The notes beneath the pieces are model-generated. The model was not told the origin of the DNA. It saw only the letters and a program-made list of their open reading frames with translations, and did no database searches. Both the position numbers and the translations under genes were made by a program. From an uncultured Bdellovibrionales bacterium (GTDB lineage: Bacteria > Patescibacteriota > Minisyncoccia > Moranbacterales > GWC2-37-73), in assembly GCA_964609855.1 (NCBI GenBank), contig CAZSTB010000001.1, positions 27,854-91,853 on the forward strand: a stretch of 64,000 bases of DNA, read 5' to 3'. Shown here one piece after another: positions 1 to 10,476 of the stretch. Positions within the stretch are counted from its first letter, which is position 1. Each line of letters begins with the position of its first letter.

Positions 1-50
1 ATTGTCTGTAAATCATTCACGACAGTTTGTACCTCTGGAAGTTCGGGCAT
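1..50 (-). CDS. mutM: Formamidopyrimidine-DNA glycosylase, 5' end (runs off the window)
   Basis: Reverse complement of 1-50 reads MPELPEVQTVVNDLQT, the diagnostic Fpg N-terminal PELPEV motif; directly downstream of polA. Confidence 0.9.
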   Translation of the reverse strand, partial: MPELPEVQTVVNDLQT

Positions 51-112
51 ACTTCAATAATTTTTAAATTTGAAATTTTAAATTTGAAATTGAGGAGTCG
101 CTTGCGACGACA

Positions 113-2824
113 TTATATTTCTCCCCAATTTTCTCCCACAGCCACGTCTACGATTAGGGGAACACGAAGCGGGTGAACGTTTTCCATAGCGTGCTTGAGC
201 CTGATTGCGACATCTTGCGCTTTGTCGGCTGCGACTTCTAAAATGATTTCATCATGAATTTGCAGTAGCATCTGGACGTCATTATCATTTTCGAAAGCTT
301 TTTTTGTTGCAAGCATTGCCAGTTTCATGATATCAGCTGCAAGACCTTGAATCGGCATGTTGATTGCCATGCGCTCAGCGCCAGCTTTTACGAGAAAATT
401 GGGCGAATGTATTTCGGGAAGATTGCGTCTTCTGCCAAACAGGGTCTCAACGTATCCATTAATGCGTGCAGATTCGCGAGTTTCTTTCATATAAGCAGCA
501 ACTCCGGAAAATTTTTCCATGTATGCGTTGATGAATTTTTGGGCTTGGTCGCGCGGGATTCCAGCTGACTGTGCAAAGCCGAAAGAGCTCATCCCGTAAA
601 TAATTCCAAAGTTAAGAGCTTTTGCGTTGGAACGCATTTTTTGTGTTACTTCAGACAAAGAAACGCCATTGACTTCAGCCGCGGTAATTTTATGAATATC
701 GTCTCCGCGATGAAATGCTTCGATAAGTTTTTTATCTGCACTTACATGGGCCACTGCCCGTAAATCTATTTGTGAATAATCCGCACTTACGAGCTTGCAG
801 CCTTCTTTGGCAACGAAAGCCGTCCTTAGTAGCTGCCCAAGGTCTGTTTTGATAGGAATATTTTGAAGATTCGGGTCGGTTGATGAGAGTCTGCCAGTTG
901 CTGTTATTGCTTGATTGAATGTCGTGTGAATGCGAGAGTTTTTGTTGAGCAGTTTTGGAATTGCATCTAGATAGGTGGTTTTTAATTTGAAAAGCTCCCG
1001 ATACTCTTCGATTTTTTCGATAATTTTATGAGAGCCGCGCAATTTTTCAAGTTCCGCTGCAGCAGTTGAAAGACCCTTTTTTGTTTTTTTAATGTCAGCT
1101 GTAGACAGCGCTAAAGTGGTAAAAAGAATTTCAGAAAGTTGAGAAGGTGAGTTAATATTGAATTCTTTCCCCGCCATTTCATAAATGGAACTTTCAAGTT
1201 TTTTTAAGGTCTTAGTAATTTTTTCAGAAATCCCTTTAAAAATTATCGGATTTATCTCTATGCCGGTTAGCTCCATTTCCGCTAAGATTTCCACAAGCGG
1301 CATCTCAATTTTATGAAAGACGGTGTTAAGTGTTCCTTCGGTTAAATTGGATTCTTGCTGCTCGGCGCTGATTTGCACCAGGTTTTTTTCTAACGCTGAT
1401 TTTAGCTTGAAACAATAGTCAGCTTTCTGACAGACGACATGCATATTTGCTTCAAGCTCTTCTTGGCTGGCTACTAGCGAGAGTTGACCCTTAGTCTTTG
1501 GCTGAAAATTTATTTCTTCTCCCAGTTCGCTTAAGATTAATTTTTCCAAAGTTATTTTTTCTCCAGGATTCAAGACATAGGCTGCTAACAGGCAATCAAA
1601 GTGCATATTTGCCATTAGAACAGAATTTTTTGCGAGTAATTTGAAAAGCGTTTTCAGGTCGTAGCCAATTTTTTTAATTGAGTTATCGCCTAAAATAGAG
1701 CTTAATGCAAGGACAGAATCTCTATTAAAGGGGAAGAACGTAGCGCGACCGATTTTTTGAGAAAGTGCAATGCCAGTTATCTCTTCGCCGCTATTTTCAA
1801 TTGCAATTGAAATCTCGCTAGCTGTTTGAAACTCTTTCAAATCGCTCTCCATTGTCACATCGGTCGAGATGACATATTTAAAATCCTTCACGCCTTCGCT
1901 GACGGGTTTTGAATTAGTTTCTTCGGTTGAAGTGAGGTCGTGGATGCTTCCGGGAAGCCTTTTTACGAGGCTGTAGAAGTTAAGTTCGGTAAAAAGTTTT
2001 ACAATAGTTTCACGATCAAAATCATGAAGCTGCGATTTTTCCAGTTCCAAAGTTACCGGAGCATTCAAATCAATCGTTGCCAGTTCCTTGCTGAGCAGTG
2101 CGTTTGCCTTGTCGCGCTCAAGCTTGTCTTTGACAGCCCCCTTGATTTCAGCAAGATTCTCATAAACGCCTTCAATCGTGGAATACTTTTGTAGTAAGAC
2201 GGTTGCTGTTTTATCTCCAATGCCTTTTACGCCAGGAATATTATCAGACGGATCTCCTCTCAGCCCCTTGTAGTCGATAATTTGTGAAGGACTCAAGCCA
2301 TAGCGCTCAAAGACTTTGGCTTCATCATAAAGATGAGAATCCGAAAGCCCCCGGCGCATGGTGTAGACCTTGGTGCTGTCATTAACGAGCTGCAGGGTAT
2401 CCATATCGCCAGTTACGATGATGGTTTCAATGTTTTCCGCATGCTGCTTGATTTGACGCGCCATGGTTCCGATAATATCGTCAGCCTCGAATCCAGCCTG
2501 CTCGTATATGGGAATATTGAACGCTTTTACAATTTCTTTTACTCTGGGGATTTGAGCATAAAGTTCATCATCAGCTTTTACTCTGTTTGCTTTGTATTGA
2601 TCAAATTTTTCATGACGAAAAGTTCCGCCTGCCAAATCAAAAGAAGCTACAATGTAGTCCGGCTTAAATTCGGCAATCACGCTCAGTAGCGTTGAAGAGA
2701 ACCCGTAAACGGCATTAACTAGTTCGCCGGATTTTGTCGTAAATGGCGGCAATGCATGATAAGCCCGGTGGATGATGGCGTTTCCGTCGATAAGAATAAG
2801 TTTTTTGTATTTTTTTGAATCCAT
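113..2824 (-). CDS. polA: DNA polymerase I
   Basis: 5'-3' exonuclease N-terminus (LILIDGN, GFEADD, GDPSDNIPGV), motif A (SADYSQID), KALNFGIIYG, LQIHDE; start placed at ATG 2824 (MDSKKYKK) rather than the ORF-track start. Confidence 0.97.
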   Translation of the reverse strand: MDSKKYKKLILIDGNAIIHRAYHALPPFTTKSGELVNAVYGFSSTLLSVIAEFKPDYIVASFDLAGGTFRHEKFDQYKANRVKADDELYAQIPRVKEIVKAFNIPIYEQAGFEADDIIGTMARQIKQHAENIETIIVTGDMDTLQLVNDSTKVYTMRRGLSDSHLYDEAKVFERYGLSPSQIIDYKGLRGDPSDNIPGVKGIGDKTATVLLQKYSTIEGVYENLAEIKGAVKDKLERDKANALLSKELATIDLNAPVTLELEKSQLHDFDRETIVKLFTELNFYSLVKRLPGSIHDLTSTEETNSKPVSEGVKDFKYVISTDVTMESDLKEFQTASEISIAIENSGEEITGIALSQKIGRATFFPFNRDSVLALSSILGDNSIKKIGYDLKTLFKLLAKNSVLMANMHFDCLLAAYVLNPGEKITLEKLILSELGEEINFQPKTKGQLSLVASQEELEANMHVVCQKADYCFKLKSALEKNLVQISAEQQESNLTEGTLNTVFHKIEMPLVEILAEMELTGIEINPIIFKGISEKITKTLKKLESSIYEMAGKEFNINSPSQLSEILFTTLALSTADIKKTKKGLSTAAAELEKLRGSHKIIEKIEEYRELFKLKTTYLDAIPKLLNKNSRIHTTFNQAITATGRLSSTDPNLQNIPIKTDLGQLLRTAFVAKEGCKLVSADYSQIDLRAVAHVSADKKLIEAFHRGDDIHKITAAEVNGVSLSEVTQKMRSNAKALNFGIIYGMSSFGFAQSAGIPRDQAQKFINAYMEKFSGVAAYMKETRESARINGYVETLFGRRRNLPEIHSPNFLVKAGAERMAINMPIQGLAADIMKLAMLATKKAFENDNDVQMLLQIHDEIILEVAADKAQDVAIRLKHAMENVHPLRVPLIVDVAVGENWGEI

Positions 2825-3089
2825 ATTTGATAATTTGCTAGATTTTAAGAGTCTTTTAAGTATACCGCGCCAGGAAAATAATACAAATACGAAATCAAAT
2901 AATTTATATTTTATAAAGTACAGTAGACATTCCCATTCCACTTCCTTTGGTAAAATATTTATTTACTCGTCTTGTTAAAGGAAAGCTTTGTAATTACGAA
3001 ATAAAAGTAATTATTATTTAAGCAAATTAATATTTTTTAGAAATAATTATTAAACATGCTAAAATATAAACAATACTAAAGTATATTTT

Positions 3090-3962
3090 ATGAATTCATT
3101 TGAAAATCCGCTTGCACAAAATAAGGCAACTCAAGATGTAGTTGTTCAGAAATCAAAATCTTCCATGACGGCAAATGAAGTTTTTGAAAGGTATCTAAAA
3201 AAGGATGAAAAAATAGAGATGAGGGATTTTCGTGATATTTATGGAGCAGAAGATGTGAAAAAAGATTTAGACAGAGTTGCGTATGTTAAAAACTCTAAAG
3301 GTTTTGAGAAGCCGACTTCTGAAAGTGTCGTTTTGGAAAACATGTTCAGCGACTTAGTAGAAAAATATAATTGGTTCGGGCAGGGGGTAAAATCGGTGCA
3401 GCTTTCGGAATTTGATGACATGATTGCAAGCGGGGCGCACTGCGATGTGGTATTGGAAATCCCAACTAATGATGGCAAATGCGTAAGAATTGGAGTTGAT
3501 CTCACAACTGCAATCAATTATGATACGCTAAGTAAGAAACGAACCAAGTGCATTGAAGGGATTCAAAGTGGAAAATTATTCAGTGTGAAATATTTTAAAT
3601 CAAAAATAGACGACACGAAAGGGAGAATTTCAAACGTACCAGTATTTTTTGCAGGTTTGGATAGAAACACTTTGCAAAATCTTTGCGAGACGATGGCGAA
3701 GCAAGAAAACGCAGGCAGTGAAATTTTAGAAAAACATGAAGGCCAATTTGTTTTTTTAGACGAAATTCTTAGTCAGTCAAACAGATTTATTGCAGTGGCG
3801 AGAGTCAGGCATGGGGAGCAAGCGGGTGTTACAAAATGGATGGAATATTATAAAGAACTTTTCAAGTGGATCTTGGATAATAAAAAATCCCCCCGTCCGA
3901 ATAACTTTGGACAGAGGGCTGGACAAGATGAGGTATATAGATATATCACCAAGTTTGTCTAA
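3090..3962 (+). CDS. Hypothetical protein, possibly PD-(D/E)XK-like fold
   Basis: 290-aa ORF; SEFDD...CDVVL...GVDLT pattern is only weakly suggestive. Confidence 0.6.
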   Translation: MNSFENPLAQNKATQDVVVQKSKSSMTANEVFERYLKKDEKIEMRDFRDIYGAEDVKKDLDRVAYVKNSKGFEKPTSESVVLENMFSDLVEKYNWFGQGVKSVQLSEFDDMIASGAHCDVVLEIPTNDGKCVRIGVDLTTAINYDTLSKKRTKCIEGIQSGKLFSVKYFKSKIDDTKGRISNVPVFFAGLDRNTLQNLCETMAKQENAGSEILEKHEGQFVFLDEILSQSNRFIAVARVRHGEQAGVTKWMEYYKELFKWILDNKKSPRPNNFGQRAGQDEVYRYITKFV

Positions 3963-4147
3963 TGCGAGATCATTTTCATCTCGTCTTCTTTTTTGAGGGC
4001 TTCAGTGATAAGTAGGATTTCGATGGCGATGTCCTTTCCTTCGGTTTTGGACAAAATTTCGAAATCCAGGGCGGCTAGATTAGTTGCTTGCACTAAAACT
4101 ACCGCGTGGCTACTATTCGATTTTGATTTTCCATTTCTACTACCCAT
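3959..4147 (-). CDS. Small hypothetical protein (62 aa)
   Basis: SD GAGGAGG just upstream of ATG and a consensus promoter upstream. Confidence 0.6.
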   Translation of the reverse strand: MGSRNGKSKSNSSHAVVLVQATNLAALDFEILSKTEGKDIAIEILLITEALKKEDEMKMISH

Positions 4148-4186
4148 GATTCCTCCTCAAAATATGGAATATTATAGCAACTTAAA

Positions 4187-4215
4187 ATACTATACTATTT
4201 TCGTATTTTTGTCAA
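4187..4215 (-). promoter_or_regulatory. Sigma70-type promoter TTGACA-N17-TAGTAT
   Basis: Direct reading of the minus strand. Confidence 0.65.
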
Positions 4216-4225
4216 TAGCAGGCAA

Positions 4226-4381
4226 CTACCATCCGCGCTCTTTCATATAGGTCGCTTGTTTTAAAGCAGATATATTTTCTAAGGAACCAAACAGGAGTCT
4301 ACAGCGAATTTTTTCGTGGTCATCTAATTTTTTAAAAAACATATCGAGAACTTTTTTCCACCACAGTATTTTCTTTTTCAT
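4226..4381 (-). CDS. Small hypothetical protein (51 aa; not in the ORF track)
   Basis: MKKKILWWKKVLDMFFKKLDDHEKIRCRLLFGSLENISALKQATYMKERGW*, preceded by SD AGGAGG. Confidence 0.5.
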   Translation of the reverse strand: MKKKILWWKKVLDMFFKKLDDHEKIRCRLLFGSLENISALKQATYMKERGW

Positions 4382-4411
4382 GATTAGCCCTCCTGGATGT
4401 GTTGATAGCTG

Positions 4412-4885
4412 CTAGCTATTACTGGAAAAAGTCAGCTTTCTTTCTTTTTCACTTAGCCATTCAAAATTAATCCACACTGCTGAAGTAGGAATTATTTTTT
4501 TTACGTTCTCAGGCCATTCGATAATTGTGACTGAGTTTTCTTTCCCGGTAAAATCTTTAAAACCTAATTCGAGTAAATCTTTAGAATTTATTCTGTAAGC
4601 ATCTATATGATAGACATTTGTAAATTTTGAATTGCTTTTATAATGCTTGATGATTGAAAAAGTCGGACTCGTGTAAGGGCCTTTTATTTTCAGACCTTTT
4701 AATAATCCTTGTGTGAAAGTCGTTTTTCCCGCGCCCAAATCGCCTGAAAGACAAATTATCGCGCCTGTCTCGGCGCTTGAAAACAAGCTATTTTTTAAAA
4801 GCGGTTGTCCACCATAAAGCTCTTCGGCAAGTAATTGCCCAAGTCTTTTGGTTTTAAGTGATGAAGTTGTATTGAAAGTTTGCAT
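4412..4885 (-). CDS. tsaE: tRNA threonylcarbamoyladenosine biosynthesis ATPase TsaE
   Basis: LSGDLGAGKTTF, SPTF, YHIDAYR, IIEWPE motifs; start at MQTFNT (4885). Confidence 0.95.
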   Translation of the reverse strand: MQTFNTTSSLKTKRLGQLLAEELYGGQPLLKNSLFSSAETGAIICLSGDLGAGKTTFTQGLLKGLKIKGPYTSPTFSIIKHYKSNSKFTNVYHIDAYRINSKDLLELGFKDFTGKENSVTIIEWPENVKKIIPTSAVWINFEWLSEKERKLTFSSNS

Positions 4886-4909
4886 ATAAAATATTCTAAA
4901 GGTATTTTT

Positions 4910-4946
4910 AAAAAAAGGAAGAGCGGTCAAATTTTCTGACCGCCCC
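4910..4946 (-). terminator. Intrinsic terminator
   Basis: GCGGTCA-loop-TGACCGC stem followed by a U-run on the minus strand. Confidence 0.7.
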
Positions 4947-4950
4947 AGGT

Positions 4951-5439
4951 TTATCTACGTCTCCTTTCCAGTCCTTGATCATGTTGCCTATGCTGTCTGT
5001 TGCCATGTGATCCGCGACTATCACCCCTGTGACCGTATGAGTGCCTGGGAGCATATTGGCGCACCGGAACTCGATAATTTGTCGGGTATCGGTAAACATA
5101 CCTGTAGTGCCTGCCATCACTGCCGACAAAGAAAACCGAATTTGATCCCCGGTACCAATATTTCCAGGCATAGCCAGGATAAAATGGCGGGTCTCTGTAA
5201 TAAATAGTTGTTTTCGGCTGCACATAGGTCACGGCCTGAAAGCTGCCGTAGTCGGGAAGTATGACTCTGCTCTCCGCGTAAGTGGTTACAGCGGTGACAT
5301 TGTGCGACAGACGAGTAATAGAGGCATTTAGCGTGGGAAAATTTCCGTAGGCTACCGTAAAGGGCTGAGCCTCGACGTGGCCACTGCAGCCAGACAGCTG
5401 AAGGGAGATAAGAAGAATTACTACATTAACTATTTTCAT
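4951..5439 (-). CDS. Putative lipoprotein with Tyr/Arg/His-rich C-terminus
   Basis: Signal peptide with lipobox LSGC; SD AAGGAGG; own promoter and terminator. Confidence 0.7.
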   Translation of the reverse strand: MKIVNVVILLISLQLSGCSGHVEAQPFTVAYGNFPTLNASITRLSHNVTAVTTYAESRVILPDYGSFQAVTYVQPKTTIYYRDPPFYPGYAWKYWYRGSNSVFFVGSDGRHYRYVYRYPTNYRVPVRQYAPRHSYGHRGDSRGSHGNRQHRQHDQGLERRRR

Positions 5440-5494
5440 TTTTGGCCTCCTTAAGCCTTATTTTGAAAAAGAACCATACCTAAACTAACTTTTA

Positions 5495-5523
5495 ATTATA
5501 CACCTAATTCAAGTCTTTGTCAA
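5495..5523 (-). promoter_or_regulatory. Perfect sigma70 promoter TTGACA-N17-TATAAT
   Basis: Direct reading of the minus strand. Confidence 0.75.
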
Positions 5524-5545
5524 TGGCCTAAAAAGTTTAAATTTT

Positions 5546-5920
5546 TTAATATTCGAAATCATAACCACGGTCATAATAGCCACCAAAGCCGCGCCCTGAA
5601 TAACATCTATCAGTAAAGGCATCTTTATTTTTTTTGCATTTCTTTCTTTCTTTTTTATCTTCAATACAATCACAGGTAAAATTAGCTTCACCGTAGTTTT
5701 CACGTTGGCTTTTGTATCTGTAAAAATATGGTACTTGTCTCAAATTTCTTGCCACGTCGCGGTCATGGATGTACTGTTGAGTTTCAGGACTCCAAAAGTC
5801 GATACCCGGATAGCTATTCCAAGCAAGAACGCGGGTTACACCTAAAAGGTTAAATATTACTACGGCTGAAATCAGCAGTGTAAGTTTATTTTTTAGTTTC
5901 ATAATTTTTTTAACTATCAA
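5546..5920 (-). CDS. Putative secreted protein
   Basis: N-terminal signal peptide (..VLA/W), four Cys near the C-terminus. Confidence 0.6.
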   Translation of the reverse strand: MIVKKIMKLKNKLTLLISAVVIFNLLGVTRVLAWNSYPGIDFWSPETQQYIHDRDVARNLRQVPYFYRYKSQRENYGEANFTCDCIEDKKERKKCKKNKDAFTDRCYSGRGFGGYYDRGYDFEY

Positions 5921-6050
5921 TATTAAATGTAACGCTTTAATATTGGCTTTTTGTCAAGATTATGATTGACACAAGCCATAAAGCTTGTTATCTTGTAATA
6001 CTTTGGGTAATAGTGAAAATTTCGTAATTAAGGCGGGTTAAAATAAGAAG

Positions 6051-7199
6051 ATGAGTTTGAATAATGCCCAACAATTGGAAAATGTACTGAAAACTGCGAA
6101 ACACGTTTTGATTTTCATGGCGCAAAATTCTGGTGGAGACAGTATAGCATCTGCTTGGGCTACATATTTTTTCTTGAGAAAAAGTGATATAGAGGCAACA
6201 GTGGTCGTTCCTAAAAGCGAGCAACTTTTTCAGCGTTTTTCATTTTTAACAAAGCCGGAAGACTTGATGGATTCATTGGCGGGCGCCAGAGATTTTGTTT
6301 TAGCTTTTAACACAAAGTTCAATAAGATTACTAATGTTCGTAGTGAGAGAGTTGAGGACGAGCTGAGAATTTTCATTACACCAGAAAAAGGTTCAATAGA
6401 TCCGCGAGACTTTTCTTTTATTCCAGCAAAATTCAAATACGATCTCGTAATTGTCCTGGGTAGTCCCGACAAAGAATCGCTTGGCAGTGTATATGAGGAA
6501 AATCCAGATATTTTTTATGAAGTTCCGGTTGTAAATATTGACCATCATACTGAAAATGATAATTTTGGGCAGGTAAATATCGTAGACATCACAGCCTCCT
6601 CTACATGCGAGGTGATTGCTGACCTGTTTCAGACTATAAATGAAAAGAATATCGACGAAAGTATGGCGGAAAGCCTGCTTACGGGAATAATAGATGCCAC
6701 AAACAGTTTTCAAAAGAAAAATACCACTCCAAAGTCGCTTCGGATTGCTGCGGCGCTGATGAGTAAGGGTGCGGATCAACAAAAAATTATCAGATATCTT
6801 TATAAGACGCAGCCCTTGCATCTGCTAAAGCTTTGGGGAAGAGTGATGGCGCGATTATTCTGGGAAGAAGAAATAAACTTAGCCTGGGCTCCGATATATT
6901 TGGAAGATTTTGTTCAAAGTCGTTCCACACCCAAAGATGTTTCTTTTATTTTGGATAAAATAAAAGAAAATTATTCCGCAGCAAAAATAATCATGGTTTT
7001 GTATAATGAAAAAGCAGGATTAGTGCGTGGGATAATCAAGTGTCAGAACCGCGAACAGCTTAAAAAAGTTTCCGAAGCGCTGGATGTAGCAATTGTAGGT
7101 GATTTTTGCGAATTTACTGAACAGGCCGATGATACTACGGAAGCGGGACAGCGTGCAGTAGAAAAATTACGCACAAAATTTTTAACCGAAATGGAATAA
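6051..7199 (+). CDS. DHH family phosphoesterase (NrnA-like)
   Basis: NIDHH motif, SSTCE, LLTGIIDATNSF. Confidence 0.85.
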   Translation: MSLNNAQQLENVLKTAKHVLIFMAQNSGGDSIASAWATYFFLRKSDIEATVVVPKSEQLFQRFSFLTKPEDLMDSLAGARDFVLAFNTKFNKITNVRSERVEDELRIFITPEKGSIDPRDFSFIPAKFKYDLVIVLGSPDKESLGSVYEENPDIFYEVPVVNIDHHTENDNFGQVNIVDITASSTCEVIADLFQTINEKNIDESMAESLLTGIIDATNSFQKKNTTPKSLRIAAALMSKGADQQKIIRYLYKTQPLHLLKLWGRVMARLFWEEEINLAWAPIYLEDFVQSRSTPKDVSFILDKIKENYSAAKIIMVLYNEKAGLVRGIIKCQNREQLKKVSEALDVAIVGDFCEFTEQADDTTEAGQRAVEKLRTKFLTEME

Positions 7200-7367
7200 G
7201 AATTTCTTATTGAATTTGAATGGCGTTGATGTAAATTGACGCCTTTTATTTTTGCTGAATGACTGAAAATGGAGTAAGATAAAAGAAGAAAAAGGCTCCA
7301 AAAATATAAACAAAAAAAATTAGTATTCATGTCCGCATTTCACATGCCTGCATGATTCATAATCCGT

Positions 7368-10300
7368 ATGGTAAAAGTTTCACATAACCAGCTGACGCAT
7401 AATTCAGAAAAAGATGAGCAATCAGGAAAGCTTTTGCAGCGCATGCGTGAGCATTCCGAGGAGGAGCAAGCTTCACAATTAGCCAACGAATATGATCTTG
7501 CCTATGTAGATTTGAATGTTTTTCCAGTGGGAGGTGAGGATATGCAAACAATTACTTCTGAAGACTCGCATCGCTACAAGGTAGTAGTTTTTCAAAAAGC
7601 AGGAAAAGAAGTCCGAATGGGAATGATTGATCCAAACAGTGAAGAAGCGCTCTTGTTTATTGAAAAATTAAAAAAAGAAAATGGTTGGGTTATTCACCTT
7701 TATGTTATTTCAAATTCATCATTAGAAAAAATTTGGAAAAGATATGCGGAGGCGCCGCTGCTGGAAAGTCTTGAATCATTGCAGATATCGCTGACAGGCG
7801 AAGATTTGGAAAAGTTTGAAAAGGAATTTGGTAGCATGTTGGAACTCAAGCAGCGAATCAGGGAAATCCCCACAACGCAAGTCATCGCGATTATTATGGC
7901 AGGAGCTGTAAAAATGAAAGCTTCTGATGTGCATTTCGAACCGCAGGAAGAAGAAACACGTATGCGCTTTCGTATCGACGGCGTACTTCAGGATATTGGA
8001 AAATTTCCGAATGACACTTATCGTTTTATTTTGTCCCGTATAAAGATGATGGGAAAAATGAAAATCAATATTCGCGACATCGCGCAAGACGGTCATTTTT
8101 CCGTGGAAATGGAAAGCGGAAAAATAAACGTCAGAACAAACATCATTCCAGGCAATCATGGCGAATCAGTTGTTATGCGACTTCTTTCCCAAGCAGACAT
8201 TATGCTTTCAGTTGAAGATCTTGGTCTTCGCGGTCTGGCATATGAACATGTGCAAAAAGAAATCGCCAAACCGCATGGTATGATTTTAACAACTGGGCCT
8301 ACAGGCAGCGGAAAAACCACCACACTTTACGCCTTGGTTAATAAGCTCAACACGGCCGGCGTAAAAATTATTACGATTGAAGACCCGATTGAATATGAGG
8401 TTAAAAATGTTTCGCAAACACAAGTTGCCAAAGATCGAAATTATACTTTCGCAGAAGGCTTGAGAGCAGTAGTCCGTCAAGATCCGGACGTTATTTTAGT
8501 GGGAGAAATTCGAGATGACGAAACTGCCGACATTTCTGTAAATGCCGCACTAACGGGACATCTCGTGCTTTCGACGCTGCACACAAACAATGCTCCTGCA
8601 TCAATTCCACGTTTTATTGAGCTTGGTATAAAGCCTAATTTGATTGCGCCCTCCGTCAACTGTTTTATTGCTCAGCGTTTGGTCCGAAAACTATGTCAAC
8701 ATTGCAAGGAGGAATATGTGCCAGCTAGAGAAACCAGCGACAGTGTGAAAAAAATCTTGTCGATTATTTCTCCAAAAGCGAAATTGGAGATTCCTAAAAC
8801 GATTGAAAAACTTTATCGTCCAAAAGGATGCGACAAATGCCATATGTTGGGATTTAAGGGTCGTATCGGAATTTTTGAAGTGCTGACAATTAGTGAAAAC
8901 ATTGAAAAACTTATTCTGGAGATGGGCGGCGAAAGAGAAATTACTCAGACTGCACTTGAAGATGGAATGATAACAATGGCTCAGGACGGTATTTTAAAAG
9001 CTATCGAAGGGCTGACTTCAATGGAGGAAGTTTGGCGCGCAACTGGACAGACGGAATTCCTGGAAGAAATTTATGAAAAACTCATGGAACAATCCATGTC
9101 ACGCTCGATTGAAATTCCGGAGGAAGATTTGATTATTGTTTCGGATGCGATGTCATCGATAGAGAACTTGAAACAGTTGATTCAGACTACTAATCAAAAA
9201 AACATTGCCAAATATGTTTTCGCAAGTAGCTTGATGCTGAATGTTGGAGATATTCATATTGAACCAGAAGAAAATAGTGTGAAAATTCGCTACCGCATGG
9301 ATGGAATCCTGCAGACTATTGCAGAAATTCCGCTGACGGAATATCCCAGTTTTTTGGGCGCCATCAAATTTCTGAGCGGCTTCAGTACTGAAATTCGCGG
9401 CGGAGTTATGGATTCGCGTTTTTCTATCGCTTTGGAAAAGCCATTTAAAAATATTACTGAAACAAAAGTTGATGTGCGCGTTTCGATAATCTTAGGTGGA
9501 TATGGAGAAACGGTGGTAATGCGACTTTTAAACAAGTCTTCGGTGGCGCTGGATTTGGAAAAACTGGGGATTAGGAAACAAAATCTGGAAAGAATACTTC
9601 ATGCCGCAAAAAAACCGAATGGCGTTTTTCTTAATACTGGTCCTACTGGAAGCGGAAAAACTACCACGCTTTACAGTATTTTAAAAGTCTTGAATAATCC
9701 TGAAGTTAAGATTATTTCCGTTGAAGACCCGATTGAATATCAACTTGAAGGAATCTTGCAAACGGCAGTTGATGACAAAAACGGTTATACTTTTGCAACC
9801 GCGCTTAGGGCCTTGCTTCGTCAAAATCCGGATATTATGATGATTGGTGAAATTCGCGACGAAGAAACTGCTAACATCGCAGTGCAGGCGGCACTGACAG
9901 GTCATTCTATTCTTTCAACTTTGCATACCAATGATGCCGCCGGTTCCATTCAGCGCTTGATTAACATGGGCGTGCGAAGCGACGATTTGGCGACAGCAGT
10001 AAATGCCTTGATGGCACAGCGTCTAGTTCGAAAACTTTGTGATTGTAAGACTCCGCGCAACTTGAGCGATGACGAAAAACTTTCCATGCAAAAAAGTTTA
10101 GCAAGTCTTTCTGAAAAAGCTGGAATCCAGATTCCTGCTATACAACAAGTGTTTGAACCGAATGGATGCGAAAAGTGTAACAAAATAGGCTACAAAGGAC
10201 GAACAACAATCAGTGAGGTATTGGTTATTGACCGCGAAATCGAGGAAATGATAACTCAAGGAGCATCTTCTTCGCAAATCAGAGACAAAGCCATTGAAAA

Positions 10301-10385
10301 TGGTATGATCGCAATGGAGCAAGATGGAATTTTGAAAGTATTGGAGGGAGAAACTTCACTTGAAGAAGTTGAGCGAGTTATTTGA
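7368..10385 (+). CDS. GspE/PulE/PilB family pilus assembly ATPase with two tandem ATPase domains
   Basis: Two copies each of GPTGSGKTTT, EDPIEY, RQ(D/N)PD..GEIRD, STLHTN and the Cys-rich zinc motif. Confidence 0.93.
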   Translation: MVKVSHNQLTHNSEKDEQSGKLLQRMREHSEEEQASQLANEYDLAYVDLNVFPVGGEDMQTITSEDSHRYKVVVFQKAGKEVRMGMIDPNSEEALLFIEKLKKENGWVIHLYVISNSSLEKIWKRYAEAPLLESLESLQISLTGEDLEKFEKEFGSMLELKQRIREIPTTQVIAIIMAGAVKMKASDVHFEPQEEETRMRFRIDGVLQDIGKFPNDTYRFILSRIKMMGKMKINIRDIAQDGHFSVEMESGKINVRTNIIPGNHGESVVMRLLSQADIMLSVEDLGLRGLAYEHVQKEIAKPHGMILTTGPTGSGKTTTLYALVNKLNTAGVKIITIEDPIEYEVKNVSQTQVAKDRNYTFAEGLRAVVRQDPDVILVGEIRDDETADISVNAALTGHLVLSTLHTNNAPASIPRFIELGIKPNLIAPSVNCFIAQRLVRKLCQHCKEEYVPARETSDSVKKILSIISPKAKLEIPKTIEKLYRPKGCDKCHMLGFKGRIGIFEVLTISENIEKLILEMGGEREITQTALEDGMITMAQDGILKAIEGLTSMEEVWRATGQTEFLEEIYEKLMEQSMSRSIEIPEEDLIIVSDAMSSIENLKQLIQTTNQKNIAKYVFASSLMLNVGDIHIEPEENSVKIRYRMDGILQTIAEIPLTEYPSFLGAIKFLSGFSTEIRGGVMDSRFSIALEKPFKNITETKVDVRVSIILGGYGETVVMRLLNKSSVALDLEKLGIRKQNLERILHAAKKPNGVFLNTGPTGSGKTTTLYSILKVLNNPEVKIISVEDPIEYQLEGILQTAVDDKNGYTFATALRALLRQNPDIMMIGEIRDEETANIAVQAALTGHSILSTLHTNDAAGSIQRLINMGVRSDDLATAVNALMAQRLVRKLCDCKTPRNLSDDEKLSMQKSLASLSEKAGIQIPAIQQVFEPNGCEKCNKIGYKGRTTISEVLVIDREIEEMITQGASSSQIRDKAIENGMIAMEQDGILKVLEGETSLEEVERVI

Positions 10386-10436
10386 TGCTTGTTTGGATTG
10401 TGGCGGTTGAAAGGGCCTTAAAGGAATTTTAAGAAT

Positions 10437-10466
10437 AAAAAAACCTCCGTAAATGGAGGTTTTTTT
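10437..10466. terminator. Bidirectional intrinsic terminator
   Basis: AAAAAAACCTCC-gtaaat-GGAGGTTTTTTT. Confidence 0.8.
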
Positions 10467-10476
10467 ATTTTTTGCG

